A stretch of 49,822 bases of DNA. Source: Flavobacteriaceae bacterium. GTDB lineage: Bacteria; Bacteroidota; Bacteroidia; Flavobacteriales; Flavobacteriaceae. The position numbers and the translations under genes were made by a program. Positions 48,016 through 49,822 of the stretch are shown piece by piece (position 1 is the stretch's first letter; each line of letters starts with the position of its first letter). The notes under the pieces were generated by a model. The model saw only the letters and a list, made by a program, of their open reading frames with translations. It did no database searches and was not told the origin of the DNA. The stretch is taken from NCBI GenBank assembly GCA_023262245.1, contig JALRDC010000117.1:1-49822 (forward strand). Direction: 5' to 3'.

Positions 48016-49689
48016 ATGATAAAACGAGTTTTATTCCTTTGGAGTTGTTTGATTTTCGTTTCCTGTTCTCAAGATCCAAAAGCGGATACAGTTATTCAAA
48101 ACGGCAAGCTCTATGATGGAACTGGAGCAATCCCATATCTAGGAACAGTAGCAATAAAAGATGACAAAATCATTTATGTAGGACCCCAAAAAGATTTTGA
48201 TGCAAACCATACTGTCGACGCAAGTGGAAAAGCCGTTTCTCCTGGTTTCATAAACATGCTCAGTTGGGGAGTTGAAACACTCATTGAAGACGGGAAGTCA
48301 CAAAGTGATATTCGACAAGGGGTCACCCTAGAAGTTTTTGGAGAAGGGATGTCTTGGGGTCCATTAAATGATAAACTCAAAGCGTATATGAAAAAAAATC
48401 AGGGAGATATCCAATACGATATCTCTTGGACTTCGCTTGGAGAATATCTTCAATTTTTGGAAGACAAAGGGGTCTCAACCAATGTTGCTTCATTTATTGG
48501 AGCAACTAGCCTAAGAGTCAATGCCGTAGGTTATGAAGATCGTTCTCCTAATGAGGAAGAAATGAACTTAATGAAAGAATTAGTTCATCAAGGGATGCAA
48601 GAAGGTGCTATGGGGATAGGATCATCACTTATTTACGCTCCTGCTTTCTATTCTTCAACTGAAGAATTGATTGAAATTTGTAAAGTAGCAGCCCAATATG
48701 ATGGAATGTATATCTCTCATATGAGAAGTGAGGGGAATAAACTTCTTGAAAGTGTCGATGAACTTTTAACCATTGCCAACGAAGCAGGAATACGTGCAGA
48801 AATCTATCATCTTAAACAAAGTGGAAAAAAGAATTGGGGAAAATTGGATGCGGTAATCCAAAAAATTGATTCTGCAAGAGCAAAAGGTCTTGAGATTACC
48901 ACTGACATGTACACCTATACTGCAGGAGCAACAGGTTTAGATGCCTCCATGCCGCCTTGGGTTCAAGAAGGTGGCTTGAACAAGTGGATTGAACGTCTAA
49001 AAAATCCTAAAATCAGAAAGAAGGTGGTAAAAGAAATGCAAACCGATACAAATGAATGGGAGAATCTGATGCGGGCTGCAGAGTCTCCAGATAAGTTGAT
49101 TATGGTCGGCTTTAAAAATGATAGCTTAAAATACCTCACAGGAAAAACTTTAACCGAAATCTCTAAAATCAAAGGAAAAAGCCCTGAAGAAACAGCTATA
49201 GATTTGGTTATTCAAGATGGAAGTAGGGTGGGCACTGTTTACTTTTTGATGAGCGAAGAAAATGTTAAAAGGCAAATCAAACTTCCCTATATGAGTTTTG
49301 GTTCTGATGCAAGGTCAATGGCTCCTGAAGGGGTTTTTCTAAAAAATAGTACCCACCCTCGTGCCTTTGGAAATTTTTCTCGATTACTAGGAAAATATGT
49401 GCGAGAGGAAAAAATCATCCCCCTCGAAGAAGCGATTTTCAAACTCACTGGATTACCCGCTTCTAATTTAAAAATCAAACAAAGAGGTCTATTAAAAGAA
49501 GGCTATTTTGCTGATGTGGTAATCTTTGATCCTAATACTATTAGAGATCATGCTACTTTTGAAAACCCGATGCAATACGCTACGGGAGTTCGAGATGTAT
49601 TTGTAAACGGAATACAAGTCCTTCAAAATGGTGAGCATACTCAAAAACTTCCAGGAAAATTTATCAAAGGACCGGGTTACAAACCTTAA
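48016..49689 (+). CDS. N-acyl-D-amino-acid deacylase (D-aminoacylase)-family amidohydrolase, atypical metal site
   Basis: 557 aa with a signal peptide. It appears collinear with D-aminoacylases (PGFINMLSW, QGVTLEVFGEGMSWG, YISHMRSEG, EIYHLKQSG, GSDA). The canonical HxH and Cys ligands appear to be substituted; see findings. Confidence 0.7.
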   Translation: MIKRVLFLWSCLIFVSCSQDPKADTVIQNGKLYDGTGAIPYLGTVAIKDDKIIYVGPQKDFDANHTVDASGKAVSPGFINMLSWGVETLIEDGKSQSDIRQGVTLEVFGEGMSWGPLNDKLKAYMKKNQGDIQYDISWTSLGEYLQFLEDKGVSTNVASFIGATSLRVNAVGYEDRSPNEEEMNLMKELVHQGMQEGAMGIGSSLIYAPAFYSSTEELIEICKVAAQYDGMYISHMRSEGNKLLESVDELLTIANEAGIRAEIYHLKQSGKKNWGKLDAVIQKIDSARAKGLEITTDMYTYTAGATGLDASMPPWVQEGGLNKWIERLKNPKIRKKVVKEMQTDTNEWENLMRAAESPDKLIMVGFKNDSLKYLTGKTLTEISKIKGKSPEETAIDLVIQDGSRVGTVYFLMSEENVKRQIKLPYMSFGSDARSMAPEGVFLKNSTHPRAFGNFSRLLGKYVREEKIIPLEEAIFKLTGLPASNLKIKQRGLLKEGYFADVVIFDPNTIRDHATFENPMQYATGVRDVFVNGIQVLQNGEHTQKLPGKFIKGPGYKP

Positions 49690-49698
49690 GAAATTGGA

Positions 49699-49822
49699 CT
49701 ATTCCAATTCCCTATAAAGCGTATCCATTTTTGACTTTAAGTCACGAATTGCTTCGGCGTAACGGTTATCCCACTCTAATAACCTCTTGGTTTGCTGATT
49801 TGCAATTTCATATTCTATACCT
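49699..49822 (-). CDS. 3' end of an unidentified gene (rest lies outside the window)
   Basis: The minus-strand frame is open from the window edge and ends in TAG at 49701..49699. It translates as ...GIEYEIANQQTKRLLEWDNRYAEAIRDLKSKMDTLYRELE*. With only 40 codons, a chance ORF cannot be excluded. Confidence 0.3.
   Translation of the reverse strand, partial: GIEYEIANQQTKRLLEWDNRYAEAIRDLKSKMDTLYRELE

Noticed and set aside
1-49822. I searched the whole window for CRISPR arrays, tRNA/rRNA genes, IS elements, integrases, toxin-antitoxin pairs, restriction-modification or other defence genes, and for long non-coding gaps that could hide them.
   Set aside because: None was found. The largest non-coding gaps (9877..10317 and 23003..23272) are explained by regulatory leaders. 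No regularly spaced repeats and no inverted terminal repeats are visible, and every ORF of 140 aa or more not rejected above as a nested antisense shadow ORF has a housekeeping or hydrolase-type assignment or is a simple secreted hypothetical protein.

Overview
This is an AT-rich, very tightly packed chromosomal segment that looks like core genome of a Flavobacteriia (Bacteroidota) bacterium. Supporting clues are a GldA-like gliding ABC ATPase, TAnnTTTG-type -7 boxes, a two-gene MetH and a C-terminal chorismate mutase fused to DAHP synthase. I count about 47 protein genes. I see no rRNA or tRNA, no CRISPR array, no transposase, integrase or phage genes, and no recognisable defence genes. In order, the window holds: the 3' end of P5C dehydrogenase; rsmG; a membrane desaturase; an AspC-like aminotransferase; sua5; a Phe/Tyr operon on the minus strand (pheA, aminotransferase, tyrA, DAHP synthase/chorismate mutase); DUF819 and EamA transporters; gldA-like; a roughly 10-kb methionine/SAM operon on the minus strand (metK, metY, metX, osmC-like, metZ/B-like, split metH, metF); deoxynucleoside kinase; membrane pyrophosphatase; pdhB; a bifunctional nuclease; thyA; a class-V aminotransferase; folA-fabD; an amidohydrolase; a small DegT/GT/Stealth glycan module; alkaline phosphatase; CotH-like and bestrophin-like proteins; and finally a run of secreted hydrolases (DUF885, amidohydrolase, esterase-like, BNR/sortilin-like, atypical D-aminoacylase-like). 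I did not find a convincing novel multi-gene system, because every long ORF has an ordinary explanation. The most interesting signals are two cis-regulatory RNAs that the ORF track cannot show. The first is a 22-codon Phe/Tyr-rich leader ORF with competing antiterminator and terminator hairpins directly upstream of pheA. The second is an H-type pseudoknot resembling a SAM-II/SAM-V-class riboswitch between a promoter and metK. Smaller observations are an unlisted 59-aa CDGSH protein, an OsmC-family gene embedded in the met operon, an orphan Stealth module, a repeat-containing acidic tail on the pyrophosphatase, and a D-aminoacylase homologue lacking three canonical metal ligands. All functional calls come from motif recognition by eye; no searches were run.
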